From assembly GCA_050015075.1 (NCBI GenBank), contig JBEKCB010000001.1, positions 1 to 64,000 of the forward strand: 64,000 bases of DNA, given 5' to 3'. The notes under the pieces are model-generated. The model saw nothing but the letters and a program-made list of their open reading frames with translations, made no database searches and was not told the origin of the DNA. This DNA is from Candidatus Brocadiia bacterium. Lineage in GTDB: Bacteria > Planctomycetota > Brocadiia > CAIUPP01. Below are positions 30,448 to 40,071 of the stretch, in pieces; the stretch's first letter is position 1; each line of letters starts with the position of its first letter. The translations under genes and the position numbers were made by a program.

Positions 30448-31650
30448 TCAGTCGGTCGGTGGGGCATAGAGAATGTTGCTGAGGAACACGGCGCCGTCGG
30501 TCACGGCCAGTTCCCCGCGCTGCAGCCCTTCGAGCACCTGGTACCGGCCGTCTCTCTGCAGGCCGGCCTTGATGATCCGCTGCGAGAACTTGCGCCGGTC
30601 GGTGGTCACCCACGCCGCCAGCGTGCCGTCGCCGTTTCGCACCACGCCGTTCATCGGTATCGCGGCGGACTCCACGGCGTCCTGGACTCGAATCGTGAAA
30701 CTGGCGACCATGCCGGGGCGCAGCTCATCCCTGGGGTCCGCGATTTCGCAGCGGACCATGAGCCGATGCGTGTTCGGGTCAACCGTCGCGCCCAGCGTGG
30801 AAATCTTGCCGTCGAAAGTGCGGCCGGGCCAGGCCAGCACGCCGGCCTGCACCGGTTGCCCGACGTGGAACAGCGGGCTGTCGCTCTCGGTGACGTTCGC
30901 CACCATCCACTTCAGCGAGAGGTCGGCGACCGAGTAAGGCGCCGGCGCGTTTCCGGGTTGCACCAGCAGGCCCGGCTGCGCGTTTCGCGCCGTGACCCGG
31001 CCGGCGAGCGGGCTGGCCACGACCAGCGACGGATCGCTCTTGCGCTCGGCGATGATCCGGTCCATTTCGGCCTCGCTCTTGCCGAAGATGCGGACGGCGT
31101 CGCGCGCCGCGGCGAGCGCGCCCTGCGCGGTCTGCTGATCGGAGGTCGCCTGCTCCAGTTCGCGCTCGGACACGCCGTTGCTTCCGTACAGCTCCTTCGC
31201 GCGCGCGAACTCCTTGCCGGTCAGGTCGGAGGTGGCCGCCGCGGCGATCAGGGCCGCTTCGGCCTGGAGCAGGTCCGGGCTGTCAATCGTGTAGAGCGAC
31301 TGCCCCTTTTGAACCGTGTCGCCGAGGTTGACCAGCGCCGTGATGATCTTCCCCGCGTAAGGCGAGAAGACCTGGACGGAAAGGTCCTCGTCGTAATCAA
31401 TGCTGCCGACCGCGGCTTTCTCGACGGGAAAGAGGTAGACGCCCACCGGCTCGATCTTGACCGCGTTGAGCTGGCTCTCGGCCAGCTCCACCGTCGCTTC
31501 GGATGGCGAGGCGGTGGAAGCCGGCGCGGACCCCTGCGGCGGGTTCGAGTCCGCGGGCCGGTCCGGCGAGGACTTCACGAGGACCGCAACGAAAATAGCC
31601 GCAAGCATCACGACGGCTGCGGCTATTCCAAGCTTGGACCGATTCTTCAT
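30448..31650 (-). CDS. RND efflux periplasmic adaptor (CzcB-like)
   Basis: N-terminal anchor, lipoyl-like halves (GDTVQKGQ; SPLAGRV), LRPGM and GLQRGELAVTDGA. Confidence 0.9.
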   Translation of the reverse strand: MKNRSKLGIAAAVVMLAAIFVAVLVKSSPDRPADSNPPQGSAPASTASPSEATVELAESQLNAVKIEPVGVYLFPVEKAAVGSIDYDEDLSVQVFSPYAGKIITALVNLGDTVQKGQSLYTIDSPDLLQAEAALIAAAATSDLTGKEFARAKELYGSNGVSERELEQATSDQQTAQGALAAARDAVRIFGKSEAEMDRIIAERKSDPSLVVASPLAGRVTARNAQPGLLVQPGNAPAPYSVADLSLKWMVANVTESDSPLFHVGQPVQAGVLAWPGRTFDGKISTLGATVDPNTHRLMVRCEIADPRDELRPGMVASFTIRVQDAVESAAIPMNGVVRNGDGTLAAWVTTDRRKFSQRIIKAGLQRDGRYQVLEGLQRGELAVTDGAVFLSNILYAPPTD

Positions 31651-31747
31651 CGTGGATCACGCCGAGCTCAACTTGAATTCGCCATAAGGCCCCCTTCACG
31701 CGATGGTCAGGCATCAGATGGCTGAAAGCGCCGTCAACTGCTCATGG

Positions 31748-32614
31748 CTAATACTCGCCGCCGGCGGATCCTCCCGTGACGAGGTTGACCTGCGCCGGGA
31801 ACGTCCGCCCATCGGAGGTCGCCGCGACGATCAGCTTCGCTCGCAGCGCCGGCTCGCCGTCGCCGGTGGTCCGGACGCGCAGGCGCGCCACGCGCGTCTT
31901 GCCCGAGGGCAGCTCGTCGCCCGCGCAGAACGCCGCCAGGATCATCCGGCCTTCCTGCGCCATCGCCGCCGGGTCATAGTACGGCGGCGCGCTGTACGCC
32001 GCATGCTCGCCGCCCTCGATCCCGACGATCTGCGACCGGCCCGTCGGGTCGGTCATCTCCAATTGATACGCCGCCAGCCGCCGGCCGTCCGCGTCCACGA
32101 CAACGTCCATCGCCCAGTACCGCGCCGCCGCCGCGGGCGCACGGGCTCCGCGGGCCGCGCCGCCCGGGAGCAGCGTCATGGCCACCGGCTGAACGGCGTA
32201 CATCGCGATGGCGCGCACGTCCTCCTGGTCCACGCGGCCGTCGCCGTTGATGTCCCATTTCAGGCTCAGCCGCTCGCGGGCCTCGATCTTCCGCTCCAGC
32301 GCCAGGGCATCGAGGATGTCCACCCGCCCGTCGCCGTTGACGTCCATGGTCACGGCCGAGGCCGCGGCCGGCGCAACGGCTTCCCGCCGCGCGATCGGCA
32401 GGAGCACTGCCAGGCCCGCCGCCAGAACGACGGCCGCAGCGGCCGCCCATGCGGCGGCCGTCCCCGAGACGCGCTTCCGGCGCATGCGCGCGCGCGCCGC
32501 GGCCAGAATCGCATCGTCCGCGCTCTGCGGGACCGTCAGGCGCGGCCTTCCAAGCGCCCGCAGGCCCGCGGCCAACCGGTCGTCCTTCGGCTGGATTTCC
32601 CGCTCGTCGCTCAT
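31748..32614 (-). CDS. Putative anti-sigma factor with a TM helix, dockerin repeats and a C-terminal beta domain
   Basis: Lies downstream of the ECF sigma gene. Has TM WAAAAAVVLAAGLAVLL and two dockerin EF-loops, DVNGDGRVDILDAL and DINGDGRVDQEDV. Confidence 0.75.
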   Translation of the reverse strand: MSDEREIQPKDDRLAAGLRALGRPRLTVPQSADDAILAAARARMRRKRVSGTAAAWAAAAAVVLAAGLAVLLPIARREAVAPAAASAVTMDVNGDGRVDILDALALERKIEARERLSLKWDINGDGRVDQEDVRAIAMYAVQPVAMTLLPGGAARGARAPAAAARYWAMDVVVDADGRRLAAYQLEMTDPTGRSQIVGIEGGEHAAYSAPPYYDPAAMAQEGRMILAAFCAGDELPSGKTRVARLRVRTTGDGEPALRAKLIVAATSDGRTFPAQVNLVTGGSAGGEY

Positions 32615-32697
32615 TTCGTGTCTCCACAGGGTTAAGTGCGCGAAGGGGGCGAAAGGTTCATTGGAAACCGGCGAGGGGGCCCGTTGGAATGCTGCCG

Positions 32698-33276
32698 TCA
32701 CTCGCCCGCGAAGAACCCCCTGGTTCTCGGGTCGTCGCGCAGCGTCTTCAGCGCGTTATGCAGCCGCGATTTCACCGTCCCGGCCGGGATCGCCAGCGCG
32801 GCGGCGATTTCCTCGATCGCCATGTCGTCGGCGAACCGCATCAGCAGGACTTCGCGCTGCGCGTCCGGCAGCGTCGAGAAGACCGCCGCCAGCTCCTCAC
32901 GGGCGCTGTCGGGAGGACCCTCGCGCGCCGGCAGGTCGAAGAGCCCCTGCTCGCCCGGCGCGTGCCGGTTGCGCTTGCGCCGCGCGGCGATCGAAAGGTT
33001 CTTGACCGCGGGATACAGGAAGGTCGTCAGCCGCGCCGTCAAGCGCAGCGCCGGGCGCTTTTCCAGCAGGTAGATGAACGTCTCCTGCAAGACGTCCAGC
33101 GCCAGGTCGTAATCCCCCGTGAACCGCAGCGCCAGGCCCGCCACCCAGTCGCGGTAGCGGCGGTAGAGCGCCTCGAACGCGGCCCCGTCGCCCGCGTTGA
33201 TCGCCGCGATCAACTCCTCGTCAGTGCGCGGATCGTCCCTCACCGCGTCCGCTCCGTCCTGGGGAAGGCGGGTCAA
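32698..33276 (-). CDS. ECF RNA polymerase sigma factor
   Basis: Region 2 (AFEALYRRY...DVLQETF) and region 4 (LPDAQREVLLMRF...EIAAALAIPAGTVKSRLH). Confidence 0.93.
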   Translation of the reverse strand: MTRLPQDGADAVRDDPRTDEELIAAINAGDGAAFEALYRRYRDWVAGLALRFTGDYDLALDVLQETFIYLLEKRPALRLTARLTTFLYPAVKNLSIAARRKRNRHAPGEQGLFDLPAREGPPDSAREELAAVFSTLPDAQREVLLMRFADDMAIEEIAAALAIPAGTVKSRLHNALKTLRDDPRTRGFFAGE

Positions 33277-33307
33277 GAGTGTTCAGCGCAAGTCGGTGGA
33301 AACGGCG

Positions 33308-33853
33308 TTATGGGACGAAAACCGCCGAGGCGACCGCGGTCGTCCACAGACCGTTCTTGTTCCCCTCGACCGACTGGCAGATGTGGGTGCTCCTGAAAAT
33401 CATGCCGCTGGCGCGATAGACCTTCTTGCGTTCGTCCCACGCCTGGTTCGGATCAATGAAGGGAATGCCCAGGGCGGAAGCCAGCATCGTCGCCGCGAGG
33501 TCCTCGGCGTAATCCCCGGCGACCTTCTCCGTCTGGCCGAAAGCGTGGTGCTCCGAAAGATAGCCGTACTGCTTCCGGTCCTTGGTCATGGCCAGGCCGA
33601 TCGAGGCGGAGATCAGGCGGTTGGGCTCGTCGGTTTCGTTGCGAGCCATCACGCAATAGACGATCTCTCCCGCTTGCAGATGCTGGAGGCCTTCGCTGCG
33701 CGGCACGATCTGGCACAGGGGCGGCAGGATGCTGGAGACGTACACCAGGTTGAACTGCTCGATGCCGGCGCTGCGCAGGGCCAGCTCGAACGACGAGAGC
33801 CTGTTCTTGTCCACGCCCACGCCTTTGGTCAGGAACATCATCTTCGGTACCAT
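33308..33853 (-). CDS. pdaD: Pyruvoyl-dependent arginine decarboxylase
   Basis: SFELALRSAGI, self-cleavage site NLVYVSSILPP, GYLSEHH and AEDLAATMLAS. Confidence 0.9.
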   Translation of the reverse strand: MVPKMMFLTKGVGVDKNRLSSFELALRSAGIEQFNLVYVSSILPPLCQIVPRSEGLQHLQAGEIVYCVMARNETDEPNRLISASIGLAMTKDRKQYGYLSEHHAFGQTEKVAGDYAEDLAATMLASALGIPFIDPNQAWDERKKVYRASGMIFRSTHICQSVEGNKNGLWTTAVASAVFVP

Positions 33854-33868
33854 GGATTCTCCCTGTTT

Positions 33869-34747
33869 TCAACGAGTCTCGCGGAGCGCCAGCATCGTGT
33901 AGCAAAGCTGCGCCGCGCCGTATTCGGTCAGCACGTCGTAGGGCCGCGGCGCGACTTCGACCACGTCGGCGCCGATCACGTTCTTGCGCCGGAAAAGCTC
34001 CCGGAGCAGCTCCAGCGCGTAGTACCACTCCAGGCCGCCCTGAACCGGCGTCCCCGTGGCCGGCATGCACGCCGGGTCGAGGCCGTCAACGTCCACGGAC
34101 AGGTAAACCCGCTCCGTCGCGATCGCCTCGACGATGGCGCTCGGCTCCGGGACCGGTCCTTTGCCCCACTCGAATACCGCAAGCTTGTTCCGGCGGGCGA
34201 AGTCCATCTCCTCTTTGGCATAGGCCCGAACGCCCACGTGGACGCACTTGAAGCCGAGCTCATGCGCTCGTCTCATCACCGTGCAGTGCGCGTAGATGCC
34301 GTGCGGGGCGTCGCTGTAATCCGAATCGTCGTGCCGCAAGTCGAAATGCGCGTCAATCTGGCAGACGGTGATTTCCCGCGCGTCGTGCCGCGAAGCCAAC
34401 GCCTGAAACGCGCCGGTCGAGACGGAGTGCTCGCCGCCGAGCATCAGGACGAACGCCCCATGATCCATGTGCTTCTCGTACTCCCGCCTCACGCGGGCGA
34501 CCATCGCGGCCGGCGAACAGCGGTTGAGGTTGGCCAGTTCGCGCAGGGCGACTTTGCGCGACGGCGACGGCATGGACTCCGCCACTCGATCGTACGTCTC
34601 CATCTGGTATTTGAGGCTCTCGACAATGGCCGCCGGGCCTTTGACGGTGCCCTTGCGATACGAGGCGGTGCGGTCGTAAGGGGCGCACAGCAGCACGATG
34701 TTCGCCGCGGACGGATCGCTGCAGTTGATCTTCAACCCCGTCGGCAT
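33869..34747 (-). CDS. speB: Agmatinase
   Basis: PYDRTASYRKG, GGEHS, DAHFD and SVDVDGLDP...TGTP..GG. GGAG RBS before ATG 34747, adjacent to pdaD. Confidence 0.9.
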   Translation of the reverse strand: MPTGLKINCSDPSAANIVLLCAPYDRTASYRKGTVKGPAAIVESLKYQMETYDRVAESMPSPSRKVALRELANLNRCSPAAMVARVRREYEKHMDHGAFVLMLGGEHSVSTGAFQALASRHDAREITVCQIDAHFDLRHDDSDYSDAPHGIYAHCTVMRRAHELGFKCVHVGVRAYAKEEMDFARRNKLAVFEWGKGPVPEPSAIVEAIATERVYLSVDVDGLDPACMPATGTPVQGGLEWYYALELLRELFRRKNVIGADVVEVAPRPYDVLTEYGAAQLCYTMLALRETR

Positions 34748-34832
34748 CGGTCTCCTCCAACGTCGCGCCACCCATTCGCGCCGCTTCAAGGACTTTACCA
34801 CGAGGTGCTGAGGACCGCAAGAAAGCCCGCTC

Positions 34833-34881
34833 GTCGTGTGCCCGTGAGGGCATACGCCGTAGCGCCTCACGGCGCCACTAC
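34833..34881 (-). repeat. 49-bp GTAG-type REP-like element, copy 3
   Basis: Same sequence family; overlaps the stop codon of the 34867..36432 CDS. Confidence 0.8.
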
Positions 34882-36432
34882 AAGCCGCCGATGCGCCAGC
34901 GGGCCGTCCATCGGCACCGGGATGAATCGGTAGGGCTTGCCGTCGGTCGAGAAGTAGCTCCGGTCCGGCAGCAACCCGTAGCTCGTCCCGAAGCAGCCGT
35001 CGAGCACCACGCGGAAGAAGTTGACGTTCGTGATCGTGGGATAGAGCCGCCGCTCGCCGCCATTGGGGAGATAGAAGGCGGCGAGGTCGGCCATGCGCTC
35101 CTGCACGTTGGAGTTCTCCGCGGACGACCAGTCCACCTCGAATTCCGTCCCGTGGTCCGAGCACACGATGATCGCCGGCGGCTCCCGCGATTCGGCGATG
35201 ATCGCGGCCACCGTCTCCTCGACCCGTTTCGAAAGGTACGCCACCTGGCCCGCGTAGAGGCGCTTCGACTCCGGGCTCCGCAGCCAGGCCTGGCGCTCGG
35301 AGAGCGGCGGATCGGAGTAGATTTCCTCGCCGTTCGCGCCCCAGACGATCGGCGTGTGCGGACAGAGCAGATGGGCATACACGAAGAACGGCGACGGGCC
35401 GGTGCGCGGCAGCGTCCGCAGCGAATCCAGCGTGAACAGCAGGTGCCTGCGGTGCAGTTCCGCGGCCGAGTAACCCAGCCCGAGCCACTGTACGATCGGC
35501 TCGATCGGCGTCATCGCGAGGACGGTCTTGTTGAACTCCGAAAGGCTCGCGCCGGACTCCAGCCGCAGGTCCACGTCCTCCGGCCGGCCCGCGCCGTATT
35601 CGGGGGGCAGGTACACGGTCCGGTAGCCGTGCTCGTGCATGAAGTCGAACACGGCGTTATGGGCGATGGCCCTGGCCGGCACGCCGAGGTCCGGGCAATC
35701 CTCCTTCACCGGGCCGAGGAGCTTGTCGTCGAGGTAGGCCATGTTCAGCATCGAGGCGATCGTCATCACCGTGCGCGGGTAGTTCGACGCGCTGCGGTCC
35801 GCCACGTAGAAGCCGAGCTTCCGAAGCCCGTCCAGAAACGGCCGGTTGTCGCCGCCGCAGATCAGCTTGAGCGAGTCCGAGCGCGGATACTGGTCGAGGA
35901 GGATGAAGTAGATGTCGGGATGATCGCCCGGCCCGGCGAGCGCGCGGGGCGCCGGCGGCTTCAGCTTGCCGGCCTTCGGCAGGCTTTGCCGCCGGGCCGA
36001 TTGGGCGCAGAGCAGCGCCAGGCACGACACGACGAGGAACAGGCCGAAAGCGTTGAGGATGCGCGTGAGGTTGAAGAGTTCGCGCGCCCGCCGCAGCGCG
36101 ATCCCGGCGCACGCCAGCGTCGCCAGGAAGAACGTCCCGATCACCCAGAACTGCGCCGGATGGAAATGCCCGATCCGCGCGCCCTTCAGCCCCAGGTGGA
36201 TGTTTCCCCATGAGAAGAAGAGCCACAGGAAGAGCGAGGCCATCACCGCCGCTTTGGGCAGGCTTCTCAGGAGGATCCGCGCCGCCGCCACGGCCAGGCA
36301 GGCCAGCGCCAGCGCGCACGCCAGGGCGGACAGCGTGTCGGCGAAGCGCACCTCCGACAGGTTCCACGCGAAGAGCTGCAAGACCGGATACACCGCGAAG
36401 AGCAACGGGTGGAAGGGAAAGCGCCTCTTCAC
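34867..36432 (-). CDS. Membrane-anchored sulfatase/alkaline-phosphatase-superfamily protein (LTA synthase-like)
   Basis: GTG at 36432 overlaps the upstream stop. Five TM segments are followed by PDIYFILLDQY, SNYPRT, HLLCPHTP and IVCSDHG. Confidence 0.8.
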   Translation of the reverse strand: MKRRFPFHPLLFAVYPVLQLFAWNLSEVRFADTLSALACALALACLAVAAARILLRSLPKAAVMASLFLWLFFSWGNIHLGLKGARIGHFHPAQFWVIGTFFLATLACAGIALRRARELFNLTRILNAFGLFLVVSCLALLCAQSARRQSLPKAGKLKPPAPRALAGPGDHPDIYFILLDQYPRSDSLKLICGGDNRPFLDGLRKLGFYVADRSASNYPRTVMTIASMLNMAYLDDKLLGPVKEDCPDLGVPARAIAHNAVFDFMHEHGYRTVYLPPEYGAGRPEDVDLRLESGASLSEFNKTVLAMTPIEPIVQWLGLGYSAAELHRRHLLFTLDSLRTLPRTGPSPFFVYAHLLCPHTPIVWGANGEEIYSDPPLSERQAWLRSPESKRLYAGQVAYLSKRVEETVAAIIAESREPPAIIVCSDHGTEFEVDWSSAENSNVQERMADLAAFYLPNGGERRLYPTITNVNFFRVVLDGCFGTSYGLLPDRSYFSTDGKPYRFIPVPMDGPLAHRRLVVAP

Positions 36433-37913
36433 TTCTCGCTCCCCTTCTGCATCAGGTAGAGAGTCCTCCGCGAGCCGGCGATCGGCCGGACATCGAGGAT
36501 GCGGAAGTGCGCACGGAACTGCGCTTCGAATCCCGGCTGCGTGTAGTCGCCGAAGATGTCCTTCCGCGTCGCGAGCAGCGTCTGCGCCTGCGAGTCCTCT
36601 TTCGGGACGAACTCGACGATCAGCGAGCGGCACGTATCGCTCAGCCACGCGGCGATGTTCCCGAGCGGCACGTTGTTGGCGATGGCCAGGTGATGGACCA
36701 GCGCCAGCGCCAGGGCCGCGTCGGCGGGCCCGCGCTCGGAGAGCGACTGCCGCTCGCGGTTCGCCCAGCCGCAGGCGGCGCTGGGGTTCATCAGGTCCAT
36801 CACCAGCGGCAGCAGGCGCTCGTCGCGCCGCGCGACGGCGTCGAGGTAGTTCCTCTCGACGGAGACCGGGTCCGCGTCGAGCGACACGGTGAAGGCGCCC
36901 TTTTCGCCGGCGATGCGGCTGAACATCCCGGTGGCGCCGCCGAGGTCCCAGACGCTCGAAGGCTTCACGCGGTCGAGGAACTCCGCCACGATCGCGCGCT
37001 TCTGCGCGAGCGCCTCGGCGCTGTAATTCGTGTGCTCGTAGTAGCCCGACCACGCCGTCTCCTTCGGCCGCCAGTTCAGCCGGGCGACCGCGGCTTGCAG
37101 GTTGTCCACCAGGCCGAGCATCGCCCGCCGGCTCATCGGGCGGAGGCGCACGTCTCTCCGGCGCGCGTAGCCCTTCTGCAGGGCGGCATGCGCGACGACG
37201 TGCGCGAGCACGGCCGGCCGCAGCCGCGCGCGCAGCGGCAGCAGCCGGCTCGCCAGGTCGAGCGGCACGCCGTCGAGGTGAATGCGGGTCAGTTGGCCCA
37301 GGTCGGCGTGGCGATATCGGACCAGCAGCAGCGGCGCCAGGAAGTGCTGGCAGAACTGGCGATACGCCGGCCACGGCCGGCCCTCGGCGTACTCCTCGAA
37401 GGAGGACGTATCCATCAGCGCCGGGCGTCCGCGCCGGAACTGCATATTGAAGGCGGTCGCGTCGCGCAGCGACATGCCGTGCTCCAGCGCCGTCTTCTGC
37501 ACCCTGAGCAGCGCCAGCGCCTGGTGCTTCAACTGGCTGAAGCACCACTCGTACGGATAGGAGATGAACCGGAGCCGCTCGGGCTTGAGCACCTTGTAGC
37601 AGGTCTCGGGGCGCTCGGGCGCGACGGAGACTTCCTCGTGCGGCACCAGCAGTTCGGCGCGGACCAGCGCCTCGTACAGGCCTGAACTCATCAGGCGGTC
37701 GTAATGCGGCTGGTACGCGCGGTCAATCTGGCGATAAAGCTCCCCGTCGCGCGTGAAGACCCAGCCGTCCGGGTCGCGAAATGAAGCGGGCAGTCGCAAG
37801 TGGCTTCTCCAACTTACCGCCGGGGCGTCGCCGGCCCAGCCTGCGCCCGCGGCGCTCCTAACAGTAGGCAGTTGCCCGGAGCGTGTCAAGCGCGCCGCCG
37901 CGACTTGTTTCAC
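36429..37913 (-). CDS. SAM-dependent methyltransferase, NoeA-like
   Basis: SFRDPDG, ISYPYEWCFSQLK, LRDATAFN, WDLGGATG, LALALVHHLAI and IVEFVPKED. Start uncertain. Confidence 0.82.
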   Translation of the reverse strand: MKQVAAARLTRSGQLPTVRSAAGAGWAGDAPAVSWRSHLRLPASFRDPDGWVFTRDGELYRQIDRAYQPHYDRLMSSGLYEALVRAELLVPHEEVSVAPERPETCYKVLKPERLRFISYPYEWCFSQLKHQALALLRVQKTALEHGMSLRDATAFNMQFRRGRPALMDTSSFEEYAEGRPWPAYRQFCQHFLAPLLLVRYRHADLGQLTRIHLDGVPLDLASRLLPLRARLRPAVLAHVVAHAALQKGYARRRDVRLRPMSRRAMLGLVDNLQAAVARLNWRPKETAWSGYYEHTNYSAEALAQKRAIVAEFLDRVKPSSVWDLGGATGMFSRIAGEKGAFTVSLDADPVSVERNYLDAVARRDERLLPLVMDLMNPSAACGWANRERQSLSERGPADAALALALVHHLAIANNVPLGNIAAWLSDTCRSLIVEFVPKEDSQAQTLLATRKDIFGDYTQPGFEAQFRAHFRILDVRPIAGSRRTLYLMQKGSEK

Positions 37914-38007
37914 TCCGCGCCCGGTGGTATCTTAGAGTATGGCGCACATGCCGGGGGCAAATGGCATTTCGCCGGGCGCCGGCGCACAGGGAGTGGGAAA
38001 AAGCCCG

Positions 38008-39936
38008 ATGCGAGCGGTGAAGGTCATCCTCTGGACGGCGATCGCCCTCTGCGGCGCGTTTGCGTTCGCGGTGATCACGCGGCTGGTCCATCCGAACGAG
38101 CCGGTCAACGCCCTGTGGCTGGTGGTCGCCGCGGCGTGCACGTATATCCTGGCCTACCGTTTCTACGGCGCGTTCCTCGCCGCCAAGGTCTTCGCGCTGG
38201 ACGACCGCAGGCCGACGCCGGCGATCACGCGCGCGGACGGGCGCGATTTCGACGCCACGAACAAGTGGGTGCTGTTCGGCCACCATTTCGCGGCGATCGC
38301 CGGGGCCGGCCCGCTCATCGGCCCGGTGCTCGCGGCGCAGTTCGGCTACCTGCCCGGTGCGCTCTGGATCCTGATCGGCGCCGTGTTCGCCGGGGCAGTG
38401 CAGGACTTCGTGGTGCTAGTGGCCTCGGTGCGGCGCGGCGGTTGCTCGCTGGCGGAGATCGCCAAGAAGGAAGTCGGGCCGGTGGCGGGCGTCTCCGCCT
38501 CCATCGCCGTCCTGTTCATCATCACCGCCGCGCTCGCGGGGCTGGGCATGGCCGTCGTGAACGCGCTGGCGCACAGCCCGTGGGGCACGTTCACCATCGC
38601 CTGCACGATCCCGATCGCGCTGTTCATGGGCTTGTATCTTTACAAGATCCGCCGCGGCAGAGTGGCGGAGATGACCGTGATCGGCGTGGCGCTGCTGCTC
38701 GGCGCGGTGGTGATGGGGCGCGTGGTCGCCGGCTCGTCCCTGGCGGGGGTTTTCACGCTCACGCGCAACCAGTTGGTCGCCGCGATGGCGATCTACGGCT
38801 TCGTCGCCTCCGTCCTGCCGGTGTGGCTGCTGCTCTGCCCGCGCGATTACCTGAGCACGTACATGAAACTGAGCACCATCCTGCTGCTGGCGGTCGGCAT
38901 CATCCTCCTGGCGCCGAACCTGAAAATGCCGGCGGTGACGCGCTTCGCGCACGGCGACGGGCCGGTGATCCCCGGCGCGCTCTTCCCGTTCCTGTTCATC
39001 ACCATCGCCTGCGGCGCGGTCAGCGGGTTCCACGCGCTCGTCGCCTCCGGCACGACGCCGAAGATGATCAGCCGCGAGTCGGAGATGCGCGCGATCGGCT
39101 TCGGAGCCATGCTGCTCGAGGGCTTCGTCTCGATCATGGCGCTGGTGGCCGCGGGCATTCTGATCCCGGGCGACTACTTCGCGATCAACTCGATGCTCGG
39201 CGCCGACCAGTTGACGGCGCTCGGATTCGCGCCGGAGCGCATCCGGGAACTCTCGCAGATGGTCGGCACGAACGTGGCGAACCGCCCCGGCGGCGCCGTC
39301 TCGCTCGCAGTCGGCATGGCCTCGGTGTTCTCGACGCTGCCGGGCATGAAGCACCTGATGGCCTACTGGTACAACTTCGCGCTGATGTTCGAGGCGCTCT
39401 TTATCCTGACGACCGTGGACGCCGGCACGCGCGTGGCGCGGTTCCTGCTCCAGGAGATGGGCGGCTATGCGTACAAGCCGCTCGGGCGGCATGCGTGGCT
39501 GCCGGGGACGCTGCTGACGAGCTTCCTGGTCGTCGCGGCCTGGAGCGCGCTGATCTATTCGGGCAGCATCTCCACCATCTGGCCCATGTTCGGCGTCGCC
39601 AACCAGTTGCTCGCCGCGGTGGCGCTGACGGTCGGGACCACGGTCCTGATCAAGCTCGGCAAGGCGCGTTACACGCCGATCACGCTCGCGCCGATGCTCT
39701 TCATGTTCACGACCACGCTGACCGCATCCTACCAGCTCATCGGGCGGTTCTGGCGGCAAGCCAAACTGGAACCCGGCAGCGCGCTGACCTACCGGCTCGA
39801 CGCCATCCTCGTCGGCGCGATGGCCTGCCTGGCCGTCGTCGTCCTCATAGACTCGCTCGTCAAGTGGCTCACGTTCCGGCCGGCCGGAACCGCCGATCTC
39901 GCACCGGCCGCCACCGAGACCGAAGCCGCCTCCTGA
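38008..39936 (+). CDS. cstA: Carbon starvation protein A (peptide/pyruvate transporter)
   Basis: LFGHHFAAIAGAGPLIGPVLAAQFGYLPG, LPVWLLLCPRDYLS, ITIACGAVSGFH and IWPMFGVANQLLA. Start 37939 or 38008. Confidence 0.95.
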   Translation: MRAVKVILWTAIALCGAFAFAVITRLVHPNEPVNALWLVVAAACTYILAYRFYGAFLAAKVFALDDRRPTPAITRADGRDFDATNKWVLFGHHFAAIAGAGPLIGPVLAAQFGYLPGALWILIGAVFAGAVQDFVVLVASVRRGGCSLAEIAKKEVGPVAGVSASIAVLFIITAALAGLGMAVVNALAHSPWGTFTIACTIPIALFMGLYLYKIRRGRVAEMTVIGVALLLGAVVMGRVVAGSSLAGVFTLTRNQLVAAMAIYGFVASVLPVWLLLCPRDYLSTYMKLSTILLLAVGIILLAPNLKMPAVTRFAHGDGPVIPGALFPFLFITIACGAVSGFHALVASGTTPKMISRESEMRAIGFGAMLLEGFVSIMALVAAGILIPGDYFAINSMLGADQLTALGFAPERIRELSQMVGTNVANRPGGAVSLAVGMASVFSTLPGMKHLMAYWYNFALMFEALFILTTVDAGTRVARFLLQEMGGYAYKPLGRHAWLPGTLLTSFLVVAAWSALIYSGSISTIWPMFGVANQLLAAVALTVGTTVLIKLGKARYTPITLAPMLFMFTTTLTASYQLIGRFWRQAKLEPGSALTYRLDAILVGAMACLAVVVLIDSLVKWLTFRPAGTADLAPAATETEAAS

Positions 39937-40071
39937 CCGCTCCGGCGCGGGCGATTCCCGCCGCCCGGAAACCCGCCGCATTTTCCTTGAATCGCGCGAA
40001 GTCGCGAGCTATTATGATGTTAGGAGGGCGCATGGGCATAACATCGGGGTTTCAGCGAAAGGGGTTGCACC

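Noticed and set aside
27729-30482. Long antisense or alternate-frame ORFs (917 aa here; also 40856-43555, 56181-58841, 7711-9519, 20750-22702)
   Set aside because: These are shadow ORFs of well-supported genes, expected in high-GC DNA, with no recognisable motifs.
34867-37548. 893-aa ORF as one protein
   Set aside because: The first ~370 codons overlap the methyltransferase in another frame. The real gene most likely starts at GTG 36432.
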